64,000 bases of DNA from Mytilus californianus (lineage: Eukaryota). Shown piece by piece: positions 49,149 to 62,829 of the stretch (the first letter of the stretch is position 1; every line of letters starts with the position of its first letter). Below the pieces are notes generated by a model. That model ran no database searches, was not told the origin of the DNA, and saw nothing but the letters and a program-made list of their open reading frames with translations. The stretch is taken from contig NW_026262679.1 of NCBI RefSeq assembly GCF_021869535.1, positions 117,366,001 through 117,430,000 on the forward strand. The letters run 5' to 3'. Made by a program: the position numbers and the translations under genes.

Positions 49149-50324
49149 TTGTCTTTGGCAATTCATAATTTTACTTTAACAACTGTGACCACAACAACAG
49201 CATCCATTCATTCAACTGCGTCAACACCATCAACACCGGCCGTAGTACAAGTTATAAGAGAAGTAAGTGTCAATATGCCGTCAGGGATAAATTTAAACGG
49301 TTATGATAGAAAATCATCTGCAGCACAATGGTGGGGATATTTTATCCGATGGACACTCATACAAAAAATGAATGAACAGCAAAAGAGGGACGAAAGATAC
49401 CAGAGGGACAGTCAAACTCACAGATCGAAAACAAACTGACAACGCCATGGCCAAAAATAAAAAGACAAACAGACAAATAATAGTACAGATGACACAACAT
49501 AGAAAACTAAAGACTACAGTGCAATTCATTTCTTTTTTTTCATGGTAGATGGTATACCAAAACAATGGTTTGCCACACTTACTGAAACTATACAAAATTC
49601 ATTAGCACAGAAAGGATGAATTTTTAAAAGGTTCGAAAAATCGCAAGGGTTATTTGATGTTAATATCCTACAATTAAAGCAAGGCCAAAATGAAAGAGTG
49701 GATGAATTCATGGCACGTTTACAAGAAAAAAGTATAGGACACGACATTCCAGATAATATAAAAATAGGGATTGCCATACAAGGTTTTAGAGGGGAGATAG
49801 GGAAAACAGTCCATAACACTTTCCCAAAGCCTACAACATTAGACCAATTAAGAGAAATTGCAGAAAACGCAGAAAAATTAGAGCAACTAGCACCAGCATC
49901 CTCCATTACTGCCGACACAATTGCAGCTATATTAGAAACCAAAATGCAAAGTCCTTTAGAAGAAATTAGAAGACTCCATACTTCGATATGGACAAGACCA
50001 AATCGGCCTCCACAAAACAAAATCCGGTACAACAATCCAAGACATAACAACCAACAAGGAACTGTGATTCAACAACAACCTGCCTTTGTACCTCAGCAAC
50101 ACTACAGTCCACAAAATTATCAAGTGTATAACGGACAACAATACAGCCAGTCCATGTCAACGACAGTACAGAATCCTTATCAACAGCAACAGCAACAACA
50201 TGAGGCAGTTGACGGATCATGTCCAGATAGTGGTATGTTTTGTGGTTCTAATTGCCCAGCAAGAAATAAATTATGTTATCAATATAATAAGATAGGGAAT
50301 TATGGTCGTAAATGCAGAAGATAA
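49149..50324 (+). pseudogene. gypsy gag (interrupted)
   Basis: AAQWWGYFIRW, GIPKQWF, LKQGQNERVDEFMARLQ, Q-rich linker and degenerate CCHC knuckle (CYQYNKIGNYGRKC). Confidence 0.8.
49380..49515 (-). mobile_element. 136-bp family D fragment inserted in gag, ACAG duplicated
   Basis: ACAG at 49376-49379 and 49516-49519. Removing it restores ...MNEQCNSFLF.MVDGIPKQWF with one homopolymer frameshift. Confidence 0.7.
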
Positions 50325-50441
50325 CAAACATCTGGTCAAAACCCTCCTCACTTTTAGGGATTCGCGCCTATCCCTAGGCATTTGTCAAAGGATAGGTACA
50401 GAGGTAGAAATTCTTTTGCAGAGGTAAATTTGGTATAACCA

Positions 50442-53400
50442 ATGCAGACAAATACTTCAATTGTTGATATCAATGGCAGAAAAACACATGCATTGATTGA
50501 TACTGATGCAGAAATCAATTGCTGTAGCTTTGATTTTTATAGCAAGTTAGTCCTTTCTGACAAACTGTCTAAATCAGATATTACATCAATTAAAGGTGTA
50601 AGTGAACATAGGTTACAAGTGCTAGGAAAAGTTAATCTACCTATTTCATTTAAAGGTTCTGTTTTTAATTATCATGTTTATATCATAGATGGGATACATC
50701 ATTCTTTTATAGTTGGTTGGGATTTTTTACATGAGAATAAGATTAATATTGATTTTTCTAGAAGTGTTTTACAGGTACCAGATAAAGAAAATGCAGATAT
50801 ACCCAAAGTATGTATGATACAGACTACTAGTACTGGTTTTGCTAGATCATATTTTCCTGTCACTATTTCTCCATTTTGTGAAATGAATGTTGGTGTCAAA
50901 ATTTCTAAAAAAAATTCAGGAGAAATGGTTCGTTTAGAACCATTTAGTAATTTAGTGGATTACAATCTTACGAGTGCTAAATGTTTGATCAAAATTAATA
51001 AGAATCCTACAAATCAGGAAATACACATTCCCGCAACAAAAGTGCTAGCTTCTGTATCAGACATTGACTTGCATTTTATTCATAATTTAGGTGATAACGA
51101 GCCATCTGTAGCTAGTTTACAGCAAACTAATCAAGTCAAGGAGCCTATTAAGGTTGATTTCAGCAGTTCTGATTTAACTTCTGAGCAGAGACAGAAAGTG
51201 CAGACATTTCTTAGTTCTTATAGAGATATTTCTGCTACTAATTTATCGGAATTAGGTTTTACAAACAGGTACAAGTACATAATTGAAACTTTCAGGGATG
51301 CTAGACCATTAAAAATGGGATTCTATAACCAGTCTCCACATATGCACAAAGAAACAGAAAAACATTTGGTAGAAATGAAGAAAAAACAACATTATAAAAG
51401 AATCAGCCAGTGAGTATCATTCACCTGTAATATTAGTGAAGAAGAAAACTACACCTGGTCAGCCTCAGCAGTATAGATTTTGTGTAGAATTTAGAAAATT
51501 AAATTTCCAGACAAAAAGTTCTTCCTTTCCGATCGCACGTCTAGAAAATATATTTGACACAATTGGTGAAGTGCAGCCTCAAATTCTAAGTTGTCTCGAC
51601 CTTCGCAGTGGTTTTTTGCAAGTCGAAATGGATGAGGAAACAAGACATAAATCTGCTTTTATTACTCGCAATGGTGTCTATGAATTTCTTAGAATGCCTT
51701 TTGGTCTTAAAAATGCTCCTATTAGTTTTCAGCAGCCCATGTCTAATGTTTTACGTGGACTTAATTGGCAATTTGTTTTAGTTTATGTGAATGATATTTT
51801 GGTATTTAGTAGGAGTTTTGATGAGCATCTTTCGCATCTAGAACAAGTTTTCACTCGTCTTCGTGATGCAAATCTCACATTGAAACTATCCAAATGTGTG
51901 TTTGCAGCAAAAGAGGTGAAATACTTAGGTCACATCATTTCAAAGGAAAGCATTAAGGTTGATCCTGAAAAGACAAAAACAGGTTCGCTCATTTTTTTGG
52001 AAATGTGCAATTATTATCGACGTTTTGTTGATCCATATTCAAAAATTGCCACTCCTTTGAATGGGTTGTTATAGAAGGAAGAAGAACGAAATTTCAAATA
52101 GAATAAGGAATGTCAAGTAGCTTTTGACAATTTAAAACATGCTTTATTAACACCTCCTGTCCTGGCTTACCCTGACATGAATAAACCCTTTATAGAAAAT
52201 GAAAGGATATGGAGTAAATGTACATGGGACAAAATCGCACACAATACATAGAAAACATAGAAAATTATCAATGAACAGGGCTTTTATTCCTGTTCTTCAT
52301 CTTGACAGTTGATGTAGGGTCTTCAACAACGAACGAATCATTCATACCCTACAACAAGGTCAAGACGGCCCCTAGCGTCGACTTAAGCGGTACTATTGAT
52401 AAAAATAAACCACAGTTCACCTTTTTGCTCCCCACCCGCCTCGGAGTGCCAACTTGTTCGATGCTTGTGTACGACGGTTCTCCATTAGAAAGAACCAGGG
52501 ATACAAGAAAAGTGCAGTAATTTTGAAAGACATCGATCGCCGCTAAAATATGCCTTGAAGTTACACATGTCGGGAGCGGTCAATGAATTACATAATTTAT
52601 AATTACGGGCGAGGTTTTTCAACATATATTTGTCATACATTGCCCAACAAAAGACCAATAATTTCGAAACAACAAATGATAGACAATACATATAAAACTA
52701 AAAAACAAATGATAGACAGCACAGGGCACATCGAAATATATGTAAGTAAACCTAGCAGTTTAAAATAGTATGAAAGGGCAATATACAAAACAGATGACCA
52801 GACGAAATTTAACCAAACATGAAATTTTGAGGGTGTATAAATATGAGAAATTCTCACATGAACACGCACACCATAACTGTAAATATTATAAGAGCATATG
52901 TTGACGTGTGATGCTTCAAATTCAGCTAGATAGTCAGAGAAAGGAACGTGTAATTGCTTTTGGTGGTAAAAATTTATCTAAAACAGTACAAGCTTGGAGT
53001 ACAACTGAAAAAGAATGTTATGCAGGAGTTCATGGTGTAAAAAACATTTAACACTCATCTTGATACTGGGATATTCACTACTTATACTGATCACACAGCT
53101 TTGACATATCTCATGAATCAGAAGGCAAATACAGGTAAACTAACAAGAGGAGCAATGGATTTGCAGCATTATAATTTTGAGGTTAAGTATAGAAAAGGTT
53201 GTAACAATCAAGTAGCTGATGCTCTCAGTAGACGCTCATATCCTGAACAGCCTGACGATGAAAATGAAGTTGCAGCTGTAAAGGTATCTAAAGTGAATAC
53301 TAGAACAGAAGCTATTGGGAAGAATAGGACTTCTGAGAGTATCCAAGTGGAATTCTTGTATGATGATTACGCTATGGTTGTTCCATTAGACCCGGTTATT

Positions 53401-54960
53401 GTCAGACCAGAATTGTCAAACCTTCGTGCTATTGCAAATTTGCAACAAAGTTGTCCTGATTATGGAAATATGCACAGATTCCTTACTGAAGGTATTCTAC
53501 CTGCAGACAATGATCAGAGTTCAAAGGTTCAAAAATCGGCTCAAGATTATTCCATTTGTAACAATGTTCTGTATAAATGGTTTCAGAAGAGAGTCAGAGT
53601 TGGTAATGGTGAAAAGTAGATAAAACAGTTATGTCTCCCACAAGCTCAAAGAGAAGTTATCATGACAGTTTCGTAGATTGTGCACATCTTGGGATTGAAC
53701 GTGTTTATCATGCTTCGAGTCTTAAGTACTTTTGGCCTGAAATGCATCAAAGCATTGAAAACTACATTCGATCATGTGATCGCTGTCAGAGAATAAAAAG
53801 AGATACATAGGGTAAGAAACCACCTCTTAATTTTCTGCCAGTTGACACAACCTTTGAAAGATGGCATATGGATTTTCTGAAACTTAGTAAGAATAATGAG
53901 GGTTATTCTTATGTTTTATTATTGGTAGATTCTTTTTCAAAATGGAGTGAGGCCTTTCCTATGAAAACTCAATAAGCTTCAGGGGTTGCAAAAGTCTTAT
54001 TTCGAGAGATTATTAGTCATTACGGAGTACGGTGCATTGAAGTGTCTAGTTACAGATCTTGGTCGAAATTTTGTCTCGAATTTGGTGAATGCTTTGTGTG
54101 AAATGTTGAATATTACAAGGCATCATACAAATTCATACATCCACAAACAAATGGCTTAGTGGAAAGGACCAATAGCACATTGATACGGGAAGTCAGAGCT
54201 TATAGTGATAAGGACCAGAACAATTGGCCAAATAAACTCCCTGGTATTTTAATGGCTTTTAGAAATTCTCAATCAACTCAATCAACAGAGTATTCTCCCT
54301 TCTCAATGGTGTTTGCCTAGGAGATGAACTTACCTTTTGACGCTTCTCTTTTGCCAAAAGACAATCTGTCAAAAAACAACATTTAGAAGAAATTATTTCA
54401 AACCTCAAAATTACCCAAGATTTGGCTGCTAAAAATGTTAAGCTTAAACAAGCAAAAATGAAAGAACGATACGACATAAATACCAAAATTCCTTAATTTA
54501 GACTTAGAGATAACGTTTTACTTAAAGAACATGCAGTCCCTGTCGGTCGTTCACCAAAATTAGTAGATAAATATAATGGTTCTTATGACATAACTGACTG
54601 TGGGTCGAATTTCACATATAAATTAAGACGCTGTAGTGACCAGAAGGAACTTAAAGCTATGGTCAATGCAAGCAATCTTAGGCAATATGTAGATCCCACT
54701 GACTACCGTGATCCGCCACAAGCTCTAGAACGTCATATTCTAGATAATGCACCTGAAGAGTAAAATGATCCACATACAGATAATGATCAGGGTCAAATTG
54801 CAGAAAATGAGAGTAAAGATTAAGAAACTAACAGTGATGATGGAGATGGACCAAACAATGTTATTGATGATACATTTCATGAGGTAGACAAACTATAAAA
54901 TATTAGAAATACAAGAGGAATACAATATTTTCTTGTGAAATGGAAAGATGGAAAAACATA
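50442..54960 (+). pseudogene. gypsy pol (protease, RT, RNase H, integrase, chromo-like tail), disrupted
   Basis: ALIDTDA (protease DTGA variant); YRFCVEFRKLN, LDLRSGFLQ, RMPFGLKNAP, VYVNDILV (RT); LTCDAS, YTDHTAL, VADALSR (RNase H); H..HLG..C..C zinc finger, WHMDFL, NGLVERTN (integrase); HEVDKL..QYFLVKWKD tail. Confidence 0.95.
52194..52896. mobile_element. 703-bp composite insertion between RT and RNase H, TAT duplicated, no TIR
   Basis: TAT at 52191-52193 and 52897-52899. Removal restores LAYPDMNKPFMLTCDAS. The first ~197 bp match the palindrome's inner arm. Confidence 0.85.
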
Positions 54961-57339
54961 TCATTGTGTAGTTTTCACTAAGATAACACACAGAAAGCCA
55001 TTATGTCAAATAGCTCACTAACATACAGATAATCTGGATTGAACTCCAGTTTCGAAACTGCGCAGTAGACAATTCTTTAATTTATTTGACCTTTTGATTA
55101 ACATTTTTTTCTAATTTCGGGAATTTTGATAGGCAAATTATGATGTGAAGTCAAACCTAACAGAATGCATAAGTGTTTTGTTCTCAGTAGTGCTAGAGTA
55201 CGGCCGTGCTCATTCGACTAATCATCACATTTTCTTTATTTTAGCAACTGAATGTCCTGAGAAACTAGAAAAAAGTAAAATCACAAAAATACTTAACTCC
55301 GAGGAAAATTCAAGACGGAAAATCCCTAATCAAACGGCAAAATCAAATGATAGTATCCATTCCAACATTACAAATATGTAAGATGAAGTTAAGTGTATAG
55401 TGAAAATGAAACCGAGAGCCAAAGTGAAGGAGTGTAGAGCGTATTGATGTTTAGTTTACTTCTTTGTGTAGGATTTAGAATACAGATATATTAAACATTT
55501 TTCTAGATTACATTATACCATGGAGATTGCAGAATATGTGCACGCAAGACGTGAACATGTAATGGATCGTTTATTTTCATGTTTATTTATTTGAATTATC
55601 TATTGATTTATCTATGTCAATAAATATGAAATTTATTGGTACTTTAATTTTTCTGTTGCACTAGCACCTGGTTTACTTGATTTTTCATTATTGGAAAACT
55701 GCATCAGTACTATTTTATAACACACATATTTGAGTGTAAAGTGTTAACTTTCCTCCATAAATTGCAAAAATGACAATATTAATTAAATGCATATTTGATA
55801 ACAGTCAGTACCTCTGGGCCTCCCCGTTACAAATGTATAAATACACCCTTTCAATTTTGAAAGTATCTTATTGAATATCTGCAATTAAAATCATATATAT
55901 TTTAAGTCTTAACTTCAGCATTTTATGGGCATTAGATCACAAAACTAAAATCACACGAGTGCGATATATAAACAATGACTCTATATGAACATTTACATTG
56001 TATTATATCATAATTGTCTTCATTATACCTTCATACATGAATATATATCATTATTATTCTTATTTTATTTGTTCAGATTCAAGCTGTGGGACAAAGCTTA
56101 GGGAGGTTGAGGAAGAATTGTTATAGTAACATTATGAATTGCCATAGACAAAATTTTAATATAACAGACCAAACAAAAAATGAAATTATTAAATTTTTAC
56201 AATTTGCAGGTAGAAGAATTTGAAGTTTTAAAATTACCTTATTTTTGAATATTTATTTTTGATAAGAAGAATGACATACAACTTGAATATTTAGATTACG
56301 TAATTTAGTTAGATAACAAAGAGACATGTAAGCGCTAAATTATTGAATTTGGATTATGTACCATACATGTTAATTAAGGCTTTTGTTAAACAACCTTTTG
56401 TACTACTCTTGTGTGAAATTATTTATAACACCTGTCACCCATGACTTGATTATTGACCAAATCAGTGAAAATAGGTTGTGGTCAAGGGAGCTGTACAAGA
56501 TACCTTTTGATTGGTGAAAACAAGAGAAGTTAAGAAATCAGTGATCATGTGACCAAACCTCCATGGAAACAATTTAAGCTTTCGACGGTCACTTTGATTA
56601 CTGATTTCCAACAATAAACATCTTTATTTACTAGAACTTTCTCTCTGTTTTACACCAGGCGCTAAAAGTCATCAGACATAGCAGAAAAGGCAGTACGACA
56701 ACTATAAAAACACACAAATATGTCAAAAAAAAAAAAGAAAAAAAAAATATAGGCAAAGCACATAAGCAAAAATGAAAGACAAGACTACAAAAAATTACCA
56801 CAGCAAAACAACACATTGGACGGATACATAAGTACCGGGCCACGCCAAATGGATATTACCAAAAATGGACTAAACAGTAAAGGTTAATAATTTACAAAGA
56901 CAAATAAAAGAACACTATAACACGTAATTATGATGATAAACAACGTCAGTATCTAGAATCTATAGTTCAAGACCATCATGAATTATTTGTGAAGTTGATA
57001 CGGAATATTTTTCAACAAGGTCTTGGTATCTTAGGATGAACTTTTTTTTAGAAAAAGGACGAGAAATTCTTTGACATAATAGTTATCAAAGGTACCAGGC
57101 TTATAATTTGATACGCCAGACGCTCGTTTCGCCTACATAAGACTCATCAGTGACGCTCAGATCAAAATAGTTAGAAACAAGTATAAAAGTGAAGAGCATT
57201 GAGGACCTAAAATTCCAAAAAGGTGTGCCAAATACGACTAAGGTAATCTGTGCCTGGGATAAGAAAATCCTTAGTATATAACCATAACCCTGCTTCATCA
57301 ACTTTCTGCTTAGACACTGACGACGTTTTATAAAGTCTG

Positions 57340-57916
57340 GGTAGAAGCTGCAAGCTCTTGAATACCGAATGAGTTGGGAAATATATATCCCATATGCAGG
57401 TGAAGTTGGTATATTGCTACTAAGATGGGAGAATTGATAATTTCAAAATCAAAATCGTCTCGTTTGTCATAGATTCTGGTACTGAGATGACCGCTTATGT
57501 CAAAATTCGAGGTATAAGTCTTAAAATGAGGCGGAGGAATCCGTGTCTGTTGTTTCTTTAATTTCTAGTTCTGGAGGATATATTAATGGAACCCAATCAG
57601 AAAAGTTTGGATTGTTAATGGAAAGAACATCACCAATATATCTGAATGTGAACTTAAATGATCTGGCTTCTTTGATCTTCTTGTTCTTGACAAGTGTCTG
57701 AAGGAACTCCGACTCGTATGAAAATAAGAGATCGGCAAGGAGAGGCGCACAGTTCGTTACCATAGGAATGACGACAATTTGTTGAAAAAGTCTACCTCCA
57801 AGTTCAACAAATATGTTGTCAATAAGAAACTCCAGCATACTGATCACTTGTTCCTCTGTGTAGAATGTTTTACCTTTTTGTTCACTATTAACAAAATAAG
57901 CTGTATGGTTTCCCAA
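57340..57916 (-). pseudogene. Penelope-like element RT relic
   Basis: MLEFLIDNIFVELGGRLFQQIVVIPMVTNCAPLLADLL, FTFRYIGDVLSINN, YPPELEIKETTD, then YDKRDDFDFEI in another frame. Confidence 0.85.
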
Positions 57917-58214
57917 AGAAATTCATGTTGGAGTTCCCAGAATTATTTTGTCTACAAAGAGATTAAGTTGGATTATGTTTTAACAACGTGATTAATGAAT
58001 CAATGTAAAAACAGGTAAAATTAGTGGAAATGAAAGAGAATGATAACTTTTTATATAGAAAACCTTTTGTTTAATAATTTTAAAGCATATGGTGTTAGCA
58101 CAACTTCTATCAAATTGAATACATAGTAGTATAAAAATTATCATTAGGACATACCATCAAATTTCAGAAGCCCTTAATTGTTAAACATACAGAGAATTTA
58201 CAGTGTCTTAGTTA

Positions 58215-58730
58215 ATGTACAAGAGATGAGAAGAAGCAACAGCATACTGAATTGGAATGAGTTCTTCGTTCTGTAGTCTTGTTTTCAATGTTTCAAGTCG
58301 GTTGTCGACCTCACAATGTTTTCTTTCTTGGGAACATATTTCCCACCAGCTCTGTATTGTTTAAAGGCGCCTGCTTGGATGGCTTTATCATACTAAAGAT
58401 GTTTGGTGGGGTGCCTTGACCATTTCTTCTATTTACTCTGCGTGCCTTCCGCGTGATTTTGTGTTCTAGGACCTTCTGTTGCGTAATGGTTCCATAGGCT
58501 TTAGTTGTCTTCAATCCAGTAGCTAGTAATATAATAAGTGAAAGCAAGTTGTTTATTAGTATTGTACCATCGATATTCTCTTACCAAACATCTTCAACTG
58601 TGTTGGGTGGTAGAAGTGGTAGAACATCAGCTCTCCGAAAAAGTAGATGGATGTTGTTGTTTTCTGTCTACAAACCATGTTTTAGTGCGTTCCTCCATGC
58701 ATATCAGAGCTCAAAGTTACTTGGCTTAGC
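58215..58730 (-). pseudogene. Mutator-like (MULE) transposase C-terminal relic
   Basis: Frameshifted minus-strand translation: LFRRADVLPLLPPNTVEDVW, YITSYWIEDN*SLWNHYATEGPRTQNHAEG, PNIFSMIK, NRLETLKTRLQNEELIPIQYAVASSHLL. Confidence 0.7.
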
Positions 58731-59659
58731 TTTATTAAAAACAAGTGGTCAAATTACTGCACTGCTTATAATTAGAATACTTTTTTAATTCATTGTTAAT
58801 GGTCTTTAATTATGAAATCTCCTTTTAAATAGATAATAACTTATTCGTAATGAATAATGATTTTAATTTGATGTTAAAGCAAGCAGTTTAATAACGAAAA
58901 GATGATTGAATTCCCTCCTTTTAAAAAATAAATTTGTATTTTTTGTTGGTTTTGAATTTTAAAGATGTAACATTTTAATAAAGGCGTTTTCCCCAAAAAA
59001 ATAAATTTTATTCATTATTTCACCTAAGGATTTGTATAGTGAGACTATACAAATCCTTGTTTCACCCTCAAAAATTATATTTTATTCAGTATTTAACAAT
59101 TAATTTCATAAAAATTGTTATTTTTCCTTTTCTTTCAACAAATTATGAAAAGCCCAAATTTGGGAATAGACAGAAGACACCGTACAAGTAAACTCATCAT
59201 AGATACCAGGATTGAAATTTTGTACGCCAGACGCACGTTTCGTCTCGAAAAGAGTCAATGACGCTCGAATAAAAAAAGTAGAAAAATTTATATTATTCAT
59301 TACACTTTGTAACTAGAAATGTATAGCTAAAAGGTTCCATTTAAACACTAGAACAAACGTTCAGCAGATGTGTTTTTTTATCACTAAAGCTTTTAACAAA
59401 ACCAAGGAGGTTCCAAACCATCGTGTAATATTTGATCTAAAGGTATATGAACTTTGATGAAATAGAGCAAGATACTCGCAGTAGATCAATGTGTTTAGCT
59501 CTAGACATTCAAGTTTTCTCCAAGGATAGCTGACAACATGAAATTATACAAAATCAACCAATCAAAAATAAGCAAGCAACAAATCAAACCAGAACTCTAT
59601 TAATCCTTAAAACATATTGTTATAACTCCAATGAATAATTAAATATAAAAATAAACAAT

Positions 59660-60465
59660 AACAAGTCCAAGGACCATAACTCTGCACAAAATTATTAGAC
59701 CGAAACAAAAATTTGAACTTGATCTGTAACTTGTCATGATAAAACTATATACTAATTATTAATCAATATCTTATAAGCATGATGAAAAAATCATTAGATA
59801 TGATTAATAGTTCTCTAAAATTAGATATGATGTAATACAGTGTATATCTGTTTTCAAATTATAATCATATATAATTAATAGTTTCAAATATTTTTTTCTT
59901 TCATTTGTCACAAACTAATATAGATTTGTAACTTATCTATAAAATGTCAACAACTTTTATCTACACAATGTAATGTATTGAAATATATACATTAATAAAA
60001 ATAGATTATTATTTAATTACAGGATTTCTCTTCATAAGTTTTTTTTTATATATATAGCATTCAGAAAATTAGTTTATACTAAATAACAAACAAACCTGTC
60101 AAAAAATTCTTCAAATAATTTAACAAAGAATGTCTTTTAAAAAATGAGTTATCTCCCTTTGTACAGAAATATGGTTTAACATAATACTCTTACATTAGAT
60201 ATGGTCCAGAGTTATGGTCCATAACTCTGGACTAAATCATCATACCGGAACAAAATTCGAACTTGATCTATAACTTGTCATGATAAAACTATATACCAAA
60301 TATCAAATCAATATCTTCAAGAACGAAGAAAAAAAGTGTGGAAAGCTGATTTGCCGGACTGACGGATGGACAGAGGGACAGATGGACAGACAGACAGACG
60401 GACAGACGGACGGACGGAGTGCAAACCTAAAGTCCCCTTCGACTTCGTCGGTAGGGGACTAACAA
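59660..60465 (-). mobile_element. Helentron/HINE-like element (reverse), interrupted
   Basis: ccataactct...gaacttgatct..aacttgtcatgataaaactatatac repeats, (GACA/GACG)n tract and terminal hairpin gtcccct...aggggac. Confidence 0.6.
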
Positions 60466-62829
60466 TCAAACAAGGGGCATGTTTATCGAAACAGTCTTAG
60501 GATTAGGACAGGACATATCTTAATTCAGTTGTCTTACGTGGGTTTACTAAACGTGTCGCAAGTAAGGATTTCTCCTAAAGAATCTTGCTAAGTTTAGGAC
60601 ACCAATTTAGGTCCTAACTTTAAGATGTATTTTAAGAGGTGTACCTTGTATCTCAGTTTTACTCAGCCCCTCTTTTTAACCTCATTTTAACAGTTTTGGT
60701 TGCAACATAAGCAACTTTACTGAACAATAAAGATTTTATACTTCAGGAGAGCCTGTAGTTCGGCATCTGTCCCTGAGTTATGATTCCTGCCTTTAGTCAT
60801 TTATCAACTCTATTAATATATTAATCCTAAAAACATATTGTTATGTCTCAAATAATGATAAATAGATAAATTGATAAATAAATAAACTATAAAATGGAAT
60901 GTTAGGCAAACATCATATAACAGTAAATTTTAAGCAATACTAAGTCAATCCATTTCCTTAGTTATAACGACTTTTTGACTGCTTCGCTTCGATTACGATT
61001 TCATTGTGAACTGTATAGTATTATTCGACTGCATGTAAACTGCAGTGAAATAAAACATTCATTTCCGTTGTCTTAGTGAGATTAGTTCACCCTCTTAAGG
61101 TCATATTTCCGACGATGCCCTCGTGAAATAGGAATTTTCTTGGGTGAACAAATCTTCATATCTCCCTCAGGCACGGGAAATAAATGTATATTGTTTCACT
61201 TTGTTATTTTGATCCATATGAACGTATCTTATTACAAAATTATAAAGATTTATTGTTGTTGAAAACGAAATTATCATGATTTAAACTATTTTCGTGTGTT
61301 TTACATTTTTGATGTAAATTTTATCGACGTTAAAAAAGAAAAAAAACCTACTTCGAACTTAGAATAAAATGCTTTTTGAGTGGATTTTATAAAAGTATTA
61401 CCAAGTAGGTGATATAAACTGTTTGATATTATATACATTTTTTCTCGCAAATAACATATTTTTTTACACTTACAATCTCTCAATGATAGGGCGGAACGAA
61501 TCCGATATTTATATGATAGTAAAATAAATAAATTGAAAATGCATCAATTATAGTAACTGAAGTTACACATATTATTAATAATTCCATGAAGAGTACATGG
61601 TGCCTATAGACTTAATTACCCTAATCAACATCTGTATAGTGTTGATAATCGGCACGATCGGGTTACTTAGGTCAGGAAAATTTTGAAGGGAGCCGATATA
61701 ATCATTAGACAACACACTGATAGGCATTAAGTTTTCTCCATTCTGCCAGGTTTTGTTAAAGGATTTCTTTTTGGCGGTAAACCACTTATTCTTCAGAAGC
61801 AACTATGTTAACATTAATTATAAGTGTTTTAATTGGAATATTGAACAGTGTTTTCGGTGAGTATGTTAATTAGTTTTTGTGCATGCAGTTGTTTCTTTGC
61901 TTGTAAAATGTTTTCATCACAAAGTAGATGAAAGGATAACAAAGAAAGGATACACATACTGAATCGATGAAACACGTTTAAAACGTGAATATATGGAGGT
62001 TTTCATACTTTTTTTTTAATATAAAGAAAAAATGGAAATGAATGTTTGTAGTTAAAAGGGTCCTATAGGGAAAATGAGAGTTTTCAGAGGGTTTTGGAAA
62101 TGTCGATTACCAATGCATTAGCATTTTAAAAGTAAAATTCCGATAAAACCTGCAAAATTGGATTAAAATAGTTCAAGAAAAAATAATATACAGCATCAAA
62201 GTGAAATAAGTCGTTCAAGGAGGAATTGCTGTTACAGGTAACAAATGATTTTATGATGTTAAGTTTGGTTATTCGCAAGTTTGTAGGTATTACATTTGTA
62301 AGCAACGATAACATTTTCAATGGCTTCTGATTTATAAAAAAATGTTACAAGTTGTTTATCAGATGCAGAATCACGACATGAAAATGTAATTTAAACGGTT
62401 CCCACAGTTTTTTTTCACGATTTGTTTTTTCTCATTATGATTATGCACTTTACGTTTACTACGCTAATATGGCGGGGTATCAAGTAGTATTTCTATTATT
62501 AGAGACAGGTACTAATTACTAACAAGATGTCATTTTTTGTTTATAATGATGTAATGTAATGGGTATGTCAGCCTAATTGTCAGAATCATTGCCAGGTATG
62601 TTTCACAATCATGTTTAGCCATGCCGGTTGATAGCTCTTCGGAAGGGCGTCAAGTATTCTTACAAGTGTGTTAACTTTGACCACTTTAAAATCACCAGAA
62701 AAGTTTCTGTTTTCAAGTGAAAATAAACTTAGCTCACTACTTAGATTTGAACAAGAATGTGCATGCAGTAGTAAATTTCACATATGTTAGCAAAATATTC
62801 ATAGTAAAATGATAATATCAAGTATTTAA

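Larger units (their letters stand above)
49149..54960 (+). mobile_element. Decayed Ty3/gypsy LTR retrotransposon internal region (gag-PR-RT-RNaseH-IN-chromodomain); LTRs not identified
   Basis: Domain order and motifs are typical, with many stops and frameshifts and two nested insertions. Confidence 0.95.

Noticed and set aside
54960-55700. Candidate 3' LTR of the gypsy element
   Set aside because: No matching copy upstream of gag, and no clear PPT or TG...CA boundaries by eye.
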